Of a stretch of 63,052 nucleotides of DNA, positions 50,689 to 59,923 are shown one piece after another; the first letter of the stretch is position 1; the number at the start of each line of letters is the position of its first letter. Position numbers and translations under genes: made by a program. A model generated the notes under the pieces. The model worked only from the letters and a program-made list of their open reading frames with translations, was not told the origin of the DNA and searched no databases. This DNA is from an uncultured Chitinophaga sp. (GTDB taxonomy: Bacteria; Bacteroidota; Bacteroidia; UKL13-3), in assembly GCA_964545895.1 (NCBI GenBank), contig CAZJHS010000007.1, positions 1 through 63,052 on the forward strand, in the 5' to 3' direction.

Positions 50689-50696
50689 TACTTTTG
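50689..50696 (+). promoter_or_regulatory. -7 promoter box for rlmH-maf
   Basis: TACTTTTG followed by CC, 6 nt before ATG 50703 (near-leaderless if real). Confidence 0.55.
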
Positions 50697-50702
50697 CCAT
50701 TG

Positions 50703-51173
50703 ATGAAAATTACATTGCTGCAATTAGGTAAAACCCACTTTAAGTTTGTTGATGCGGGGTTTGATGAGTTTACTAAACGACTTAAACATTACTGCAAGTT
50801 TGAGAGTGCTTTGTTTGAACTGCCTACTAAACTAAAAACTACCGACATTGCGCAGATTAAAAAAAATGAAGGTGAGTTGCTGCTCAAAAAAATTCAGCCA
50901 AACGACTTTGTAATTTTATTAGACGAAAACGGGAAAGAATACCAATCAACGGCCTTTGCCGATTACCTGCAAAAACTTTCGTTGCACCAGGCGCATGTGG
51001 TTTTTATTATAGGTGGTGCTTTTGGCTTTAGCCCCGAGGTTTATGCCCGCGCAAATGCCAAAGTATCTTTATCACAAATGACTTTTTCGCACCAATTGAT
51101 TCGCTTAATTTTTATCGAACAACTTTATCGTGCCTTTACCATTATAAAAGGCGAACCCTATCATCATGAATAA
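50703..51173 (+). CDS. rlmH: 23S rRNA pseudouridine-1915 N3-methyltransferase
   Basis: ILLDENGK, FIIGGAFG, SLSQMTFSHQLIR, EQLYRA, GEPYHH. Confidence 0.95.
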   Translation: MKITLLQLGKTHFKFVDAGFDEFTKRLKHYCKFESALFELPTKLKTTDIAQIKKNEGELLLKKIQPNDFVILLDENGKEYQSTAFADYLQKLSLHQAHVVFIIGGAFGFSPEVYARANAKVSLSQMTFSHQLIRLIFIEQLYRAFTIIKGEPYHHE

Positions 51174-51732
51174 AAAAATAATTTTAGCTTCAAAATCGCC
51201 TCGCAGGCAAGAGCTCATAAAAGGATTAGAACTGGCCTACGAGGTTTTTACTTACGAGGTGGATGAATCTTTTCCTGCAGATTTAAAAGGCGAAGAAATT
51301 GCATTGTATTTGGCCGAAAAGAAAGCCAATGCATATCCCAACACATTATCAAACCACGAAATTTTAGTAACCGCTGATACTATTGTTTGGGTAAATAACC
51401 ATGTGCTAAACAAACCCGAGAGCGAACAAGAGGCCTACCAAATGCTTAAAGAAATTTGTGGCACAACACATACTGTTTTTACTGGTGTTTGTATCAAAAC
51501 ATCAACCCAAACCCTACCCTTTTTTGATAAAAGTGAAGTAAGCATTAAGGCCTTAACTGATGACGAAATTTGGCATTACATAAAAAACTATAAGCCTTTT
51601 GATAAAGCAGGAAGCTATGGTATACAAGATTGGTTCGGATATATAGCGGTACAAAAAATTGATGGTTGCTTTTACAACGTAATGGGTTTGCCGGTAGCAA
51701 AACTGTACGATAAATTAAAGTTACTTAGCTAA
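51166..51732 (+). CDS. maf: Maf-family nucleoside triphosphate pyrophosphatase
   Basis: ILASKSPRR, TADT, KPES, DKAGSYGIQ, NVMGLP. Confidence 0.93.
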   Translation: MNKKIILASKSPRRQELIKGLELAYEVFTYEVDESFPADLKGEEIALYLAEKKANAYPNTLSNHEILVTADTIVWVNNHVLNKPESEQEAYQMLKEICGTTHTVFTGVCIKTSTQTLPFFDKSEVSIKALTDDEIWHYIKNYKPFDKAGSYGIQDWFGYIAVQKIDGCFYNVMGLPVAKLYDKLKLLS

Positions 51733-52633
51733 ACAATACGCCTTCTTTTAAAGCATAGTTAGACACCACAATGCGCTTAATTTGGGTTTGATTTACTACA
51801 AAATCCATTAGTAATGCGGCTACTGTTATCATTTCTATTCTAAACGGAATCATACCACGGAGCCTTGCACGTTGTTCGGATGTGGACGTTTTCATGATTT
51901 CAACAAACACTTCAAAATCGTGTTTTCTAATTTCGAAAGCATGTAAACTTAGCGAGTTAGGAATAACCGCCAAATCGTTTATCACCACATCTACCAGGGT
52001 TTCGAAAGCACCAGCCGAACCAATTAATAACTCTGGTTGATGTTGTGCTACTGCACTAAAAAGTGGTGCAAGCATATCACTTAAATATTGCTGCAATTGC
52101 GCAACTTGGTTTTCGGCAATTGGGTTTAATGGTTTAAATTTTTCGATTAAACGGGCTGCTCCAATTTCAAAACTTTGTTTCCAAACTACTTGCTCGCCTT
52201 TACCAATTATAAACTCTACACTCCCTCCACCAATATCCATTACCAAAACAGGTTTATCGGGTAATTTAAACGAGTGATAAACGCCTTTATAGATATAGGC
52301 AGCTTCTGTATCTCCGGTGATAGCTGTTATTGTAATGTTGCAACGCTTGGCCGCATCATCAATAAATTGTTTTCCGTTTGATGCATTGCGAATAGCCGAA
52401 GTAGCAAATGCCGTTACATCAGTTACCTGAAATTGATTTAAATATTTACTAAACTCGGTTAATGCTACCATGCCACGCTCGTATGCATCGGGCTGAATAA
52501 TGCCACTATTTATACCACCACTGCCCAATTTTACAGGAACTTGCAATTGAAAATACACGCGCAGCATATCGCCTTTTACTTCGGCAATAAGTAAATGAAA
52601 TGTGTTTGTTCCTAAATCAATAATGGCTTTCAA
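51725..52633 (-). CDS. ppx: Ppx/GppA-family exopolyphosphatase
   Basis: IDLGTNTFHL, FATSAIRNASN, MDIGGGSVE, YALKEG. Confidence 0.9.
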   Translation of the reverse strand: MKAIIDLGTNTFHLLIAEVKGDMLRVYFQLQVPVKLGSGGINSGIIQPDAYERGMVALTEFSKYLNQFQVTDVTAFATSAIRNASNGKQFIDDAAKRCNITITAITGDTEAAYIYKGVYHSFKLPDKPVLVMDIGGGSVEFIIGKGEQVVWKQSFEIGAARLIEKFKPLNPIAENQVAQLQQYLSDMLAPLFSAVAQHQPELLIGSAGAFETLVDVVINDLAVIPNSLSLHAFEIRKHDFEVFVEIMKTSTSEQRARLRGMIPFRIEMITVAALLMDFVVNQTQIKRIVVSNYALKEGVLFS

Positions 52634-52643
52634 GGTAATGCGA

Positions 52644-53177
52644 TTATACTTCTGCGTAAATATCGGGTAAATTACGTCCTAAACCATCATAATCTAATCC
52701 ATATCCTAATACAAATTTAGGATCAATTTCAAACCCCACGTAATCGGGTGTTATATCAACTTTTAAGGCTTTAGGTTTAAGCAATAAAGTAAGCACTTTA
52801 ACCGATGCCGGTTTGTGCGCATGCACTTGTTTTAACACATGTTGCATACTTAAACCTGTATCAATAATATCTTCAACAATAATAATGTGTCGGCCTTCAA
52901 TTGATTCGCTAAAACCTATTAATTGTTTAATCGTTTCGGTGGTTGATGTACCCGAGTAACTCGAAATTTTTGCAAACGAAATCTCACTTTGGAAACTTAT
53001 TTTTCTAAAAAGGTCGGCAGCCAATATAAACGCACCATTAAGTACGGCTAAAAACAATGGATTTTTACCTTCGTACTCTTGCGTAATTTGCTGCGCAATA
53101 ACACTTACGCGCTCTTCAATTTGCTTAGCGGGTATAAAAGGTTCAAAATTTCTGTCGTGAACTTTGATGATTGACAT
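52644..53177 (-). CDS. hpt: Hypoxanthine phosphoribosyltransferase
   Basis: VLNGAF, IIVEDIIDTG, FVLGYGLDY. Confidence 0.95.
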   Translation of the reverse strand: MSIIKVHDRNFEPFIPAKQIEERVSVIAQQITQEYEGKNPLFLAVLNGAFILAADLFRKISFQSEISFAKISSYSGTSTTETIKQLIGFSESIEGRHIIIVEDIIDTGLSMQHVLKQVHAHKPASVKVLTLLLKPKALKVDITPDYVGFEIDPKFVLGYGLDYDGLGRNLPDIYAEV

Positions 53178-53216
53178 TATTATTGTTTACTTGTGATGGT
53201 TTTCAAATATACATAC

Positions 53217-54116
53217 ATGGAGAGAGATTTTGAATGTAATTTATGCGGTTCGAAAAAAGCAAGCCAAGTACCATTTAGGTATTTGTTTAAAGAACGTTAT
53301 TTATGGCTTTACGAGTGTAATACATGTAAGCTTCGTTCTATTTGGCCTTTACCATCTGCCGCAGAGATTGAAGAAATGTATGCTGCCGATTATTTTACCG
53401 AAGCCGACAGTGCCACGCACCACATGGATACCGATTATTTGGCCTTACTAAATAATGGCGATTATGCAGATGGCATTGAAAACATGAAAAAGTACTGCAC
53501 ACAAGGAAGCATTTTAGAAATTGGTTGCGCTACAGGTAATTTTCTGAATGCATTAAACAAGGTAGGCTATACGGTAAAAGGCATCGAGCTCTCCTCGTTT
53601 GCGGTTGATTATGCTAAAAAGAATTTTGGATTAAACTTAATTAACAAGCCTTTTGATTTCTCGTTATTAAACAACGATGTTTTTGAAAACGAATTTGATG
53701 TGGTAATTATGGGCGATGTGTTGGAGCATTTTACCAACCCAACCGAGGCCATGCAATTGGTTCAAAAAATATTAAAACCAGGCGGAGTAGCGTTTATACA
53801 TTTACCGGGCTCGTTAAATTTACTATCGAGTAAGTTGGCATTTTTTGTATACAAGTTAACGGGCAAACAAAAAACCATGACAATCCCACCCTATCATTTA
53901 ACCGAATTTACTGGCAATAGTATTACACGTATGTGCAAGCAAACAGGTTTTAGTAAGGTAATTGTTAAGCACGATATTAAGCATCCATCTACCATTCCGT
54001 TGCGTGGTACTTTTATCGAAAACTTGGTTAAAAAAAGTATGCAATACCCCAACTACTATTTAACTAAATGGTTTGGTGTTGCCGGTGATAGAATAAATGT
54101 AGAGGCTTACAAATAA
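53217..54116 (+). CDS. Class I SAM-dependent methyltransferase with N-terminal CxxC..CxxC
   Basis: CNLCG...CNTC; ILEIGCATG; DVLEH; ATG 53217. Confidence 0.88.
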   Translation: MERDFECNLCGSKKASQVPFRYLFKERYLWLYECNTCKLRSIWPLPSAAEIEEMYAADYFTEADSATHHMDTDYLALLNNGDYADGIENMKKYCTQGSILEIGCATGNFLNALNKVGYTVKGIELSSFAVDYAKKNFGLNLINKPFDFSLLNNDVFENEFDVVIMGDVLEHFTNPTEAMQLVQKILKPGGVAFIHLPGSLNLLSSKLAFFVYKLTGKQKTMTIPPYHLTEFTGNSITRMCKQTGFSKVIVKHDIKHPSTIPLRGTFIENLVKKSMQYPNYYLTKWFGVAGDRINVEAYK

Positions 54117-54122
54117 CCCATC

Positions 54123-55238
54123 ATGCGTATTATATCTGTTATTTCCTATCCGTTTTTACCTGCTACCACAGGAGGCGAAATTTGTACTGCAGGATTACTG
54201 AACGAGTTATCGAAAAGTAATGATGTAACTGCATTTACTGTTGAACCTTATAAAAATGGATACGAGCATCAAACCGGAAATACAGCTATGGTATATGCCA
54301 TGCCTTTTAAAGCCAGCAGGTATTATAATTTTGGGCTGATTGGTAAGCTAAAAAAACTAATTAAACAGCAACAAGCCGATTGGATTTTATTTGAACAACC
54401 TTGGTTTGGTTGGTTGATAGTTTGGCTGCGTTTTACTACCAAAAATAAAATTGCTATACGCAGTCATAACATAGAGTATTTACGTTTTAAAAGCATGGGC
54501 AAATGGTTCTGGCAAATGCTTTACATGTACGAAAAGTTTACCTACAAATCAGCGCATTTAGTTTTTTTCTTGAGTGAAGCTGACAGACAAAAAGCTATTT
54601 ACGAGTTTGATTTAAATGCCGAAAACACACTACTTACACCTTACGGAGTAAGTTATGATAAACAACCAGAAACAGCAGGGATTCAAGCCATATCAAACCT
54701 AAAGCAAGAACTAAATATTGGCACAAACGAAAAGATGATTTTATTCTTTTCAACCTTAAGTTATGCGCCAAATTACGATGCTGTAAATTTTATTGTGGAT
54801 GAAGTTTATCCGCGTTTAACACAGCAAGGTTTAGCTTTTAAAATTATTATTTGTGGCAAAGGATTACCAGATGCTATTGTACAAAAAATTGCAACCACGG
54901 AGCATATTAAACACATGGGTTTTGTGGATGATATTAACTTATACATTGATGCGGCCGACATCATGTTAAATCCAATTTTAAGTGGTGGTGGAGTTAAAAC
55001 AAAAGCCATTGATACCTTGGCCAGAAATCAAAGAGTTGTATCAACCCAAAATGGTGCATTGGGTATTGATGCAAATGTGTGTGGCAATAATTTAATTGTT
55101 GTTGATGATAACAATTGGGATGCCTTTACAAATGCTGTGGTTCAACACATCAATCAACCCAAACAATTACCTAAAGCATTTTACGAAACGTATAGCTGGG
55201 GTAATATTGTAACTAACTTAGTGAAGAAATTGCAGTAG
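54123..55238 (+). CDS. Glycosyltransferase family 4
   Basis: TTGGE, SHNIE, YAPNYDA, NPILSGGGVKTK. Confidence 0.85.
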   Translation: MRIISVISYPFLPATTGGEICTAGLLNELSKSNDVTAFTVEPYKNGYEHQTGNTAMVYAMPFKASRYYNFGLIGKLKKLIKQQQADWILFEQPWFGWLIVWLRFTTKNKIAIRSHNIEYLRFKSMGKWFWQMLYMYEKFTYKSAHLVFFLSEADRQKAIYEFDLNAENTLLTPYGVSYDKQPETAGIQAISNLKQELNIGTNEKMILFFSTLSYAPNYDAVNFIVDEVYPRLTQQGLAFKIIICGKGLPDAIVQKIATTEHIKHMGFVDDINLYIDAADIMLNPILSGGGVKTKAIDTLARNQRVVSTQNGALGIDANVCGNNLIVVDDNNWDAFTNAVVQHINQPKQLPKAFYETYSWGNIVTNLVKKLQ

Positions 55239-55243
55239 TAGGA

Positions 55244-55367
55244 TTTAACCACAAAGAACACCAGGTTGGCACAAGGTTCACTAGGTATTTTTATCAATAA
55301 TATTCATCCAACCGTTGTGGCCTTTGTGGCCTGAGGTATTCAACACTTTGTGACCTTCGTGGTTAAA
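55244..55367. mobile_element. 124-bp MITE-like element with CAC-nnnG arrays at both ends
   Basis: TTTAACCACAAAG / CTTCGTGGTTAAA terminal inverted repeats (12/13); no ORF; lies between convergent stops. Confidence 0.65.
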
Positions 55368-55375
55368 AAACGAAA

Positions 55376-55933
55376 TCACCTCTTATTATAATGCTCCTGC
55401 GCCATTTGTGCTATGCTGCGTTTTACGGCTTCTTTAAAAATAGCTTCGGGTTTGTAGGCCTGCATTTCCTCTTGCTTTACGGTAACACTTCCTGTTGATT
55501 GACTCACCAATAAATCATTTCTGTAAATGGTACTTGCGTAATACATGGTACACCAAGCTTCGGTAAAATTAAAGGTATCTTTAAATTGGTTAATGGTTTG
55601 TTTATCATGAAACGACCACTTAGGTTCCATTTGTTGTATCTCTAAAATAAATCCAACATCGTTTGGCATATACATTTTCACCTCGCTAAATAAATCGCCA
55701 AAGGCACGTTGGGTAGCAAACAAATAACTCTTGTGTAAATCGGTGGCTTGTATAGTAAAACCTGGCTCTTTAACCAAGTGTGTATCGTTTACTCGGCTGC
55801 TGTATTTTACATAAAGTGGTTGATCTATTTTGTTTGAGGTTACTCGTGCATACGGACTTACCTCGAAATAGCTAATTTGTGTATTTACGCATCCCGCAAA
55901 AAGTAATACCAACAGAAATGTATATTTGAACAT
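55376..55933 (-). CDS. Hypothetical lipoprotein
   Basis: ATG 55933 MFKYTFLLVLLFAGC lipobox. Confidence 0.65.
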   Translation of the reverse strand: MFKYTFLLVLLFAGCVNTQISYFEVSPYARVTSNKIDQPLYVKYSSRVNDTHLVKEPGFTIQATDLHKSYLFATQRAFGDLFSEVKMYMPNDVGFILEIQQMEPKWSFHDKQTINQFKDTFNFTEAWCTMYYASTIYRNDLLVSQSTGSVTVKQEEMQAYKPEAIFKEAVKRSIAQMAQEHYNKR

Positions 55934-55954
55934 AACAACAAATTTAAACGTACC

Positions 55955-57028
55955 GTGCAAATACCAAACCTAAAATTAGTTTTTGTTTTATTGGGGTTGA
56001 TGATTATTCAAAACTGTAAAGCACAATATAACATTGCAGTATTAGATAGCTCCACCTTTACGCTTCATGAAGGTGTGGTATTAAGCAAAACAAGCTTTAG
56101 GGGATTGAGCGTAGTTGATGATAATACCATTTGGGTTAGTGGTAGCCGAGGTACATTTGCACGCAGTACCAATGGCGGAAAAACATTTACTTACACCCAA
56201 CTTAAAGGTTACGAAAAAAGTGATTTTAGAGACATTGAAGCCTTTGATGATAAACGTGCCGTGATGATGAGCAGCGGCACTCCAGCTTATATTTTAAAAA
56301 CCATTGATGGAGGTTTAACTTGGAAAGAAGTTTATAAAAATACCGATAGCGCTTACTTTTTAGATGCCATGGATTTTTGGGATGAACAACGCGGCATACT
56401 AGTTGGCGACCCCATTAACGGACATTTTGTATTGCTTGAAACCAACAATGGAGGCGAAACCTGGCAAGAATTAGACACCACCAAAACCCCACATGCCATG
56501 GAAGGCGAAGCTGTATTTGCAGCCAGTGGAACGAGTTTAAGATGTTGGGGTAAATATGGTCTGTTAGTATTTGTTACAGGAGGAAAAATATCTAGAGGAT
56601 TGGGAAATAATATTGCAAGCAAGTACCAAAATTGGGAGTACACGCAACTTCCATTAACCCAAGGAAAAAGCAGTCAAGGAGCATTTTCATTTGCATCAAA
56701 TGACTCTGCTTCAATTATTGTTGGCGGGGATTATACTAATGACACATCTTCGAGCCTCATAGCTTCTTGCGCACAGTATTTTCCAATAACCAATAAAGAC
56801 GAGTATTTCAACCAACTTGTCTGCGATGTGAAAGGCTATAAATCATGCATCGAAGCAATTAGTCGGCATAACTTTATTGCATGTGGCACAAGTGGAGTTG
56901 ATTTTTACTCAAACCGTAATTGGATAAAAATTTCATCCCAACCCTTCCACGTGGTGCGTAAAGCTAAAAAAGGCAAAGCAGTTTTCTTAGCAGGGCCAAA
57001 AGGAAAAATTGGAAAGTTGGTTTATTAA
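55955..57028 (+). CDS. BNR/YCF48-like beta-propeller protein
   Basis: Asp-box repeats STNGGKTF, TIDGGLTW, TNNGGETW; FAASG motif. Confidence 0.8.
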   Translation: MQIPNLKLVFVLLGLMIIQNCKAQYNIAVLDSSTFTLHEGVVLSKTSFRGLSVVDDNTIWVSGSRGTFARSTNGGKTFTYTQLKGYEKSDFRDIEAFDDKRAVMMSSGTPAYILKTIDGGLTWKEVYKNTDSAYFLDAMDFWDEQRGILVGDPINGHFVLLETNNGGETWQELDTTKTPHAMEGEAVFAASGTSLRCWGKYGLLVFVTGGKISRGLGNNIASKYQNWEYTQLPLTQGKSSQGAFSFASNDSASIIVGGDYTNDTSSSLIASCAQYFPITNKDEYFNQLVCDVKGYKSCIEAISRHNFIACGTSGVDFYSNRNWIKISSQPFHVVRKAKKGKAVFLAGPKGKIGKLVY

Positions 57029-57033
57029 TTAAT

Positions 57034-57565
57034 CTCTCACAGAAAACACAGAAGTCACAGACTTTGTTATCTTGCAACTAAAATCCTAGACATGAATATT
57101 AATGACATCTCTTACCTCATCAGAGGTGCTGCATTTGAAGTTTTCAAAACGCTCGGCCCCGGGCTTCTGGAAAGTGTTTATGAAAAAGCATTAGTCTTTG
57201 AACTCGTCTCAAAGAATTTACATGTGCAAACCCAAGTTGGTATTCCAGTAGTGTACAAGGGGCATGATTTAGATCTTGGATTTAGAATGGATATATTAGT
57301 TGAGGATAAAGTTATTATCGAAGTTAAGTCAGTTGAACTATTGCACGATGTGCATAGGAAACAAGTGTTGACTTATCTGAAATTAGCGGATAAAAAACTA
57401 GGTATACTTATCAATTTCAACACAGATAGTTTATTAGATAAAGAAAGTTTGATTAGAATCATTAACTAATTCTGTGACTTCTGTGTTTTCAGGGAGCCAC
57501 TATAAGATATCATCCAACTTAGTCTTACAAAAACTTCTGTGCTTTCTGTGCTTTCTGTGAGCCAC
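57034..57565 (+). mobile_element. Candidate GxxExxY element bounded by inverted 9-bp-period CACAGA arrays
   Basis: GAAAACACAGAAGTCACAGA (57042-57061) is the exact reverse complement of 57471-57490; a second right array lies at 57535-57565. Confidence 0.65.
57092..57469 (+). CDS. GxxExxY protein (PD-(D/E)xK nuclease-like)
   Basis: GLLESVY motif; RMDILVEDKVIIEVKS; QVLTYL; GILINF. Confidence 0.93.
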   Translation: MNINDISYLIRGAAFEVFKTLGPGLLESVYEKALVFELVSKNLHVQTQVGIPVVYKGHDLDLGFRMDILVEDKVIIEVKSVELLHDVHRKQVLTYLKLADKKLGILINFNTDSLLDKESLIRIIN

Positions 57566-57571
57566 CCGAAA

Positions 57572-58642
57572 CTAGAAATGCATCTGCACTGCTTCGGCAA
57601 TTTTGCTCGCTGGTAATTCTTCCATGCAACTTGTGCCATCTAAACAACTGCCACGGTAAAAACATTTACACGCTTTATCGGGGCCAACAATTTCGCCTTT
57701 ACCAAACAAATCAAACTCGTATGGATTAAAGATGTTGTTCATCAACACAATTTTTTTGCCTAGCGCTAAAGTGATGTGCATGCCCATGGTAACTTGTGTA
57801 ATTACCATTTCGCAATGGTTAACCAAGTTGATGAATTCATACAAACTAAAATAACCTAAATATAAAGCACCACTGCGGTGTTGAATTTCTTTGTTACGTG
57901 CATCTTCAGCTTCGCCACCTAACAATAAAATTTCGGCATCTGGGTGTTGTTGTTTTAATAATGCAACCAACTCAACCCATTTATCAATACTCCACAAGCG
58001 GGTTGTCCATCGGCCACCGCAGCCTGTATTCATGCCAATTATTTTTTTGCCTTTAGGTAAATTCCAAGTGTAACCTTTATCATCGTGGGTATCCATTAAA
58101 TACGGCTCACCAGTGTGTGTAAGTCCACAAATTTCAAAAATTTCTTGTAAGTAACTTTTGGTGTTGGCCTTGCTCACATCATCAAACATCCCCGTTGAAA
58201 ATTTATGAATAGCCAACTCATTCATCGGCTGAATTTCATTATCCTTCAACACGTAGCCAAACTTTTCTTTGGCATCAACAATTTTTAATAATGCACCAGC
58301 TTCTTTTTCCTTATCCAAATTAATGGCCATATCCCAAGTGCTGTGTTGCACATACAATAAACTGTTGTGATCCCATTTTAAAATCTCATCTATTTGTGAT
58401 GATGGAAGAATATCTGGAGTCCAAGTAAGCCAAGTAATTTTACAGCCCGGAAACTCTTTTTTAAATTTAACCACCAATGGCGTGGTACGAATAACATCGC
58501 CAATTGCACCCAACTTAATAATTAAAATACGCTTAGTTACCGGAGCAAAAGCAGGGCAATTATCGCAGTGATAACCGTGTTGTTTATGTGGTTTACAAGG
58601 AATGTGACCTTTGTAATGTGAACAGTTGGCTTTAAAAATCAT
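57572..58642 (-). CDS. Glycosyltransferase family 9 (heptosyltransferase-like)
   Basis: IKLGAIGDVIRTTP, RLWSIDKW, DTG-equivalent VTMGMHI; ATG 58642. Confidence 0.85.
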   Translation of the reverse strand: MIFKANCSHYKGHIPCKPHKQHGYHCDNCPAFAPVTKRILIIKLGAIGDVIRTTPLVVKFKKEFPGCKITWLTWTPDILPSSQIDEILKWDHNSLLYVQHSTWDMAINLDKEKEAGALLKIVDAKEKFGYVLKDNEIQPMNELAIHKFSTGMFDDVSKANTKSYLQEIFEICGLTHTGEPYLMDTHDDKGYTWNLPKGKKIIGMNTGCGGRWTTRLWSIDKWVELVALLKQQHPDAEILLLGGEAEDARNKEIQHRSGALYLGYFSLYEFINLVNHCEMVITQVTMGMHITLALGKKIVLMNNIFNPYEFDLFGKGEIVGPDKACKCFYRGSCLDGTSCMEELPASKIAEAVQMHF

Positions 58643-58797
58643 ATCAAAATAGCTTACTACGCTTAAGGGCAAGTATAACTACAAGCGGTAAAATCACCAA
58701 ATAAATAGGTAAAGAAACAGCGGCAATTTGTCAGTTTACTCAAGTTTGGAAAGCAATTTGTATATTGCAGTAACTCATTTACCTAAAAAATTACAAC

Positions 58798-59391
58798 ATG
58801 AAAAAAGGAACAATTATTCTTTTAGCCATTGCTGGAGCGCTGTTATTGTTAGTATTTAATGGCTGTGGCAGCTACAACAACATGGTTACTAAACAAGAGG
58901 CCACCTCATCGGCTTGGGCACAAGTAGAAAATGTATACCAAAGACGTATGGATTTGATTCCAAATTTAGTAAACACCGTTAAAGGAGTTGCCAACTTTGA
59001 ACAAAAAACATTAACAGATGTAATTAATGCACGTGCAAGTGCGTCATCTATTAAGGTTGATGCAAGCAAACTTTCTACTGAGCAAATTCAAAAATTCCAA
59101 GCTTCGCAAGGCGAGTTAAGCCAAGCTTTAGGCCGTTTAATGGTGGTTGCCGAGCAATATCCTCAACTAAAAGCCACGCAAAACTTTTTAGAATTGCAAA
59201 GCCAATTGGAAGGAACAGAAAATCGTATTGCAGTAGAACGTCAGAAGTTTAACGACATTGTGAAAGACTACAACACTTACATACGCAAATTTCCACAGGT
59301 AATTTACAGTGGTATGTTTGGGTTTGATAAAAAAGGTTACTTTGAAGCCGATAAAGGTGCTGAAAAAGCCCCAACCGTAAGCTTCGAATAA
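58798..59391 (+). CDS. lemA: LemA family protein
   Basis: YNNMV, QRRMDLIPNLV, EQYPQLKA, ENRIAVER, YNT. Confidence 0.95.
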   Translation: MKKGTIILLAIAGALLLLVFNGCGSYNNMVTKQEATSSAWAQVENVYQRRMDLIPNLVNTVKGVANFEQKTLTDVINARASASSIKVDASKLSTEQIQKFQASQGELSQALGRLMVVAEQYPQLKATQNFLELQSQLEGTENRIAVERQKFNDIVKDYNTYIRKFPQVIYSGMFGFDKKGYFEADKGAEKAPTVSFE

Positions 59392-59411
59392 TTACTCATT
59401 ATATTTTTACG

Positions 59412-59449
59412 GCCACAGATTACACTTTTAAAATGATGTAGTCTGTGGC
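59412..59449. repeat. CACAGA-family hairpin / probable terminator
   Basis: GCCACAGATTACA ... TGTAGTCTGTGGC inverted repeat (12/13). Confidence 0.65.
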
Positions 59450-59470
59450 TTTCATGTTAAACATACCTTC

Positions 59471-59923
59471 ATGTCGAAAACCTTTTTTACCAGCGAGCAG
59501 CAAACGCAAATCATCGAATCTATAAGACTGGCTGAGCTAAATACCAGCGGAGAAATTCGTGTACATATTGAAGCCAATTGTGATGGAGATGCCTACGAGC
59601 GTGCCAAAACAGTTTTTGAACAATTAGGCATGCATGCTACCGAACAAAAAAATGGCGTACTTTTTTACTTGGCCTACGCGCACAAAAAGTTTGCTATTTT
59701 GGGTGATAAAGGAATACATGAAAAGGTTTCGCAACAATTTTGGGATACAGAAAAAGAGTTGCTGTTATCTTATTTTAAACAAGAAAAATTTGCTGAAGGT
59801 TTGTGCTTAGCCATTGCGCAAGCGGGCGAAAAGTTAAAACAACATTTCCCTTACCAAAGCAACGACACCAACGAATTAAGCAACGATATATCTTTTGGTA
59901 GTGAAGGAGCAACACATGAATAA
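59471..59923 (+). CDS. TPM-domain protein
   Basis: AELNTSGEIRVHIE, NGVLFYL, DTNELSN. Confidence 0.88.
   Translation: MSKTFFTSEQQTQIIESIRLAELNTSGEIRVHIEANCDGDAYERAKTVFEQLGMHATEQKNGVLFYLAYAHKKFAILGDKGIHEKVSQQFWDTEKELLLSYFKQEKFAEGLCLAIAQAGEKLKQHFPYQSNDTNELSNDISFGSEGATHE

Noticed and set aside
57034-57565. CACAGA arrays as CRISPR repeats or a classical IS
   Set aside because: The period is 9 bp with 3-nt gaps, and there is no DDE, HUH or serine transposase motif and no evident target-site duplication.
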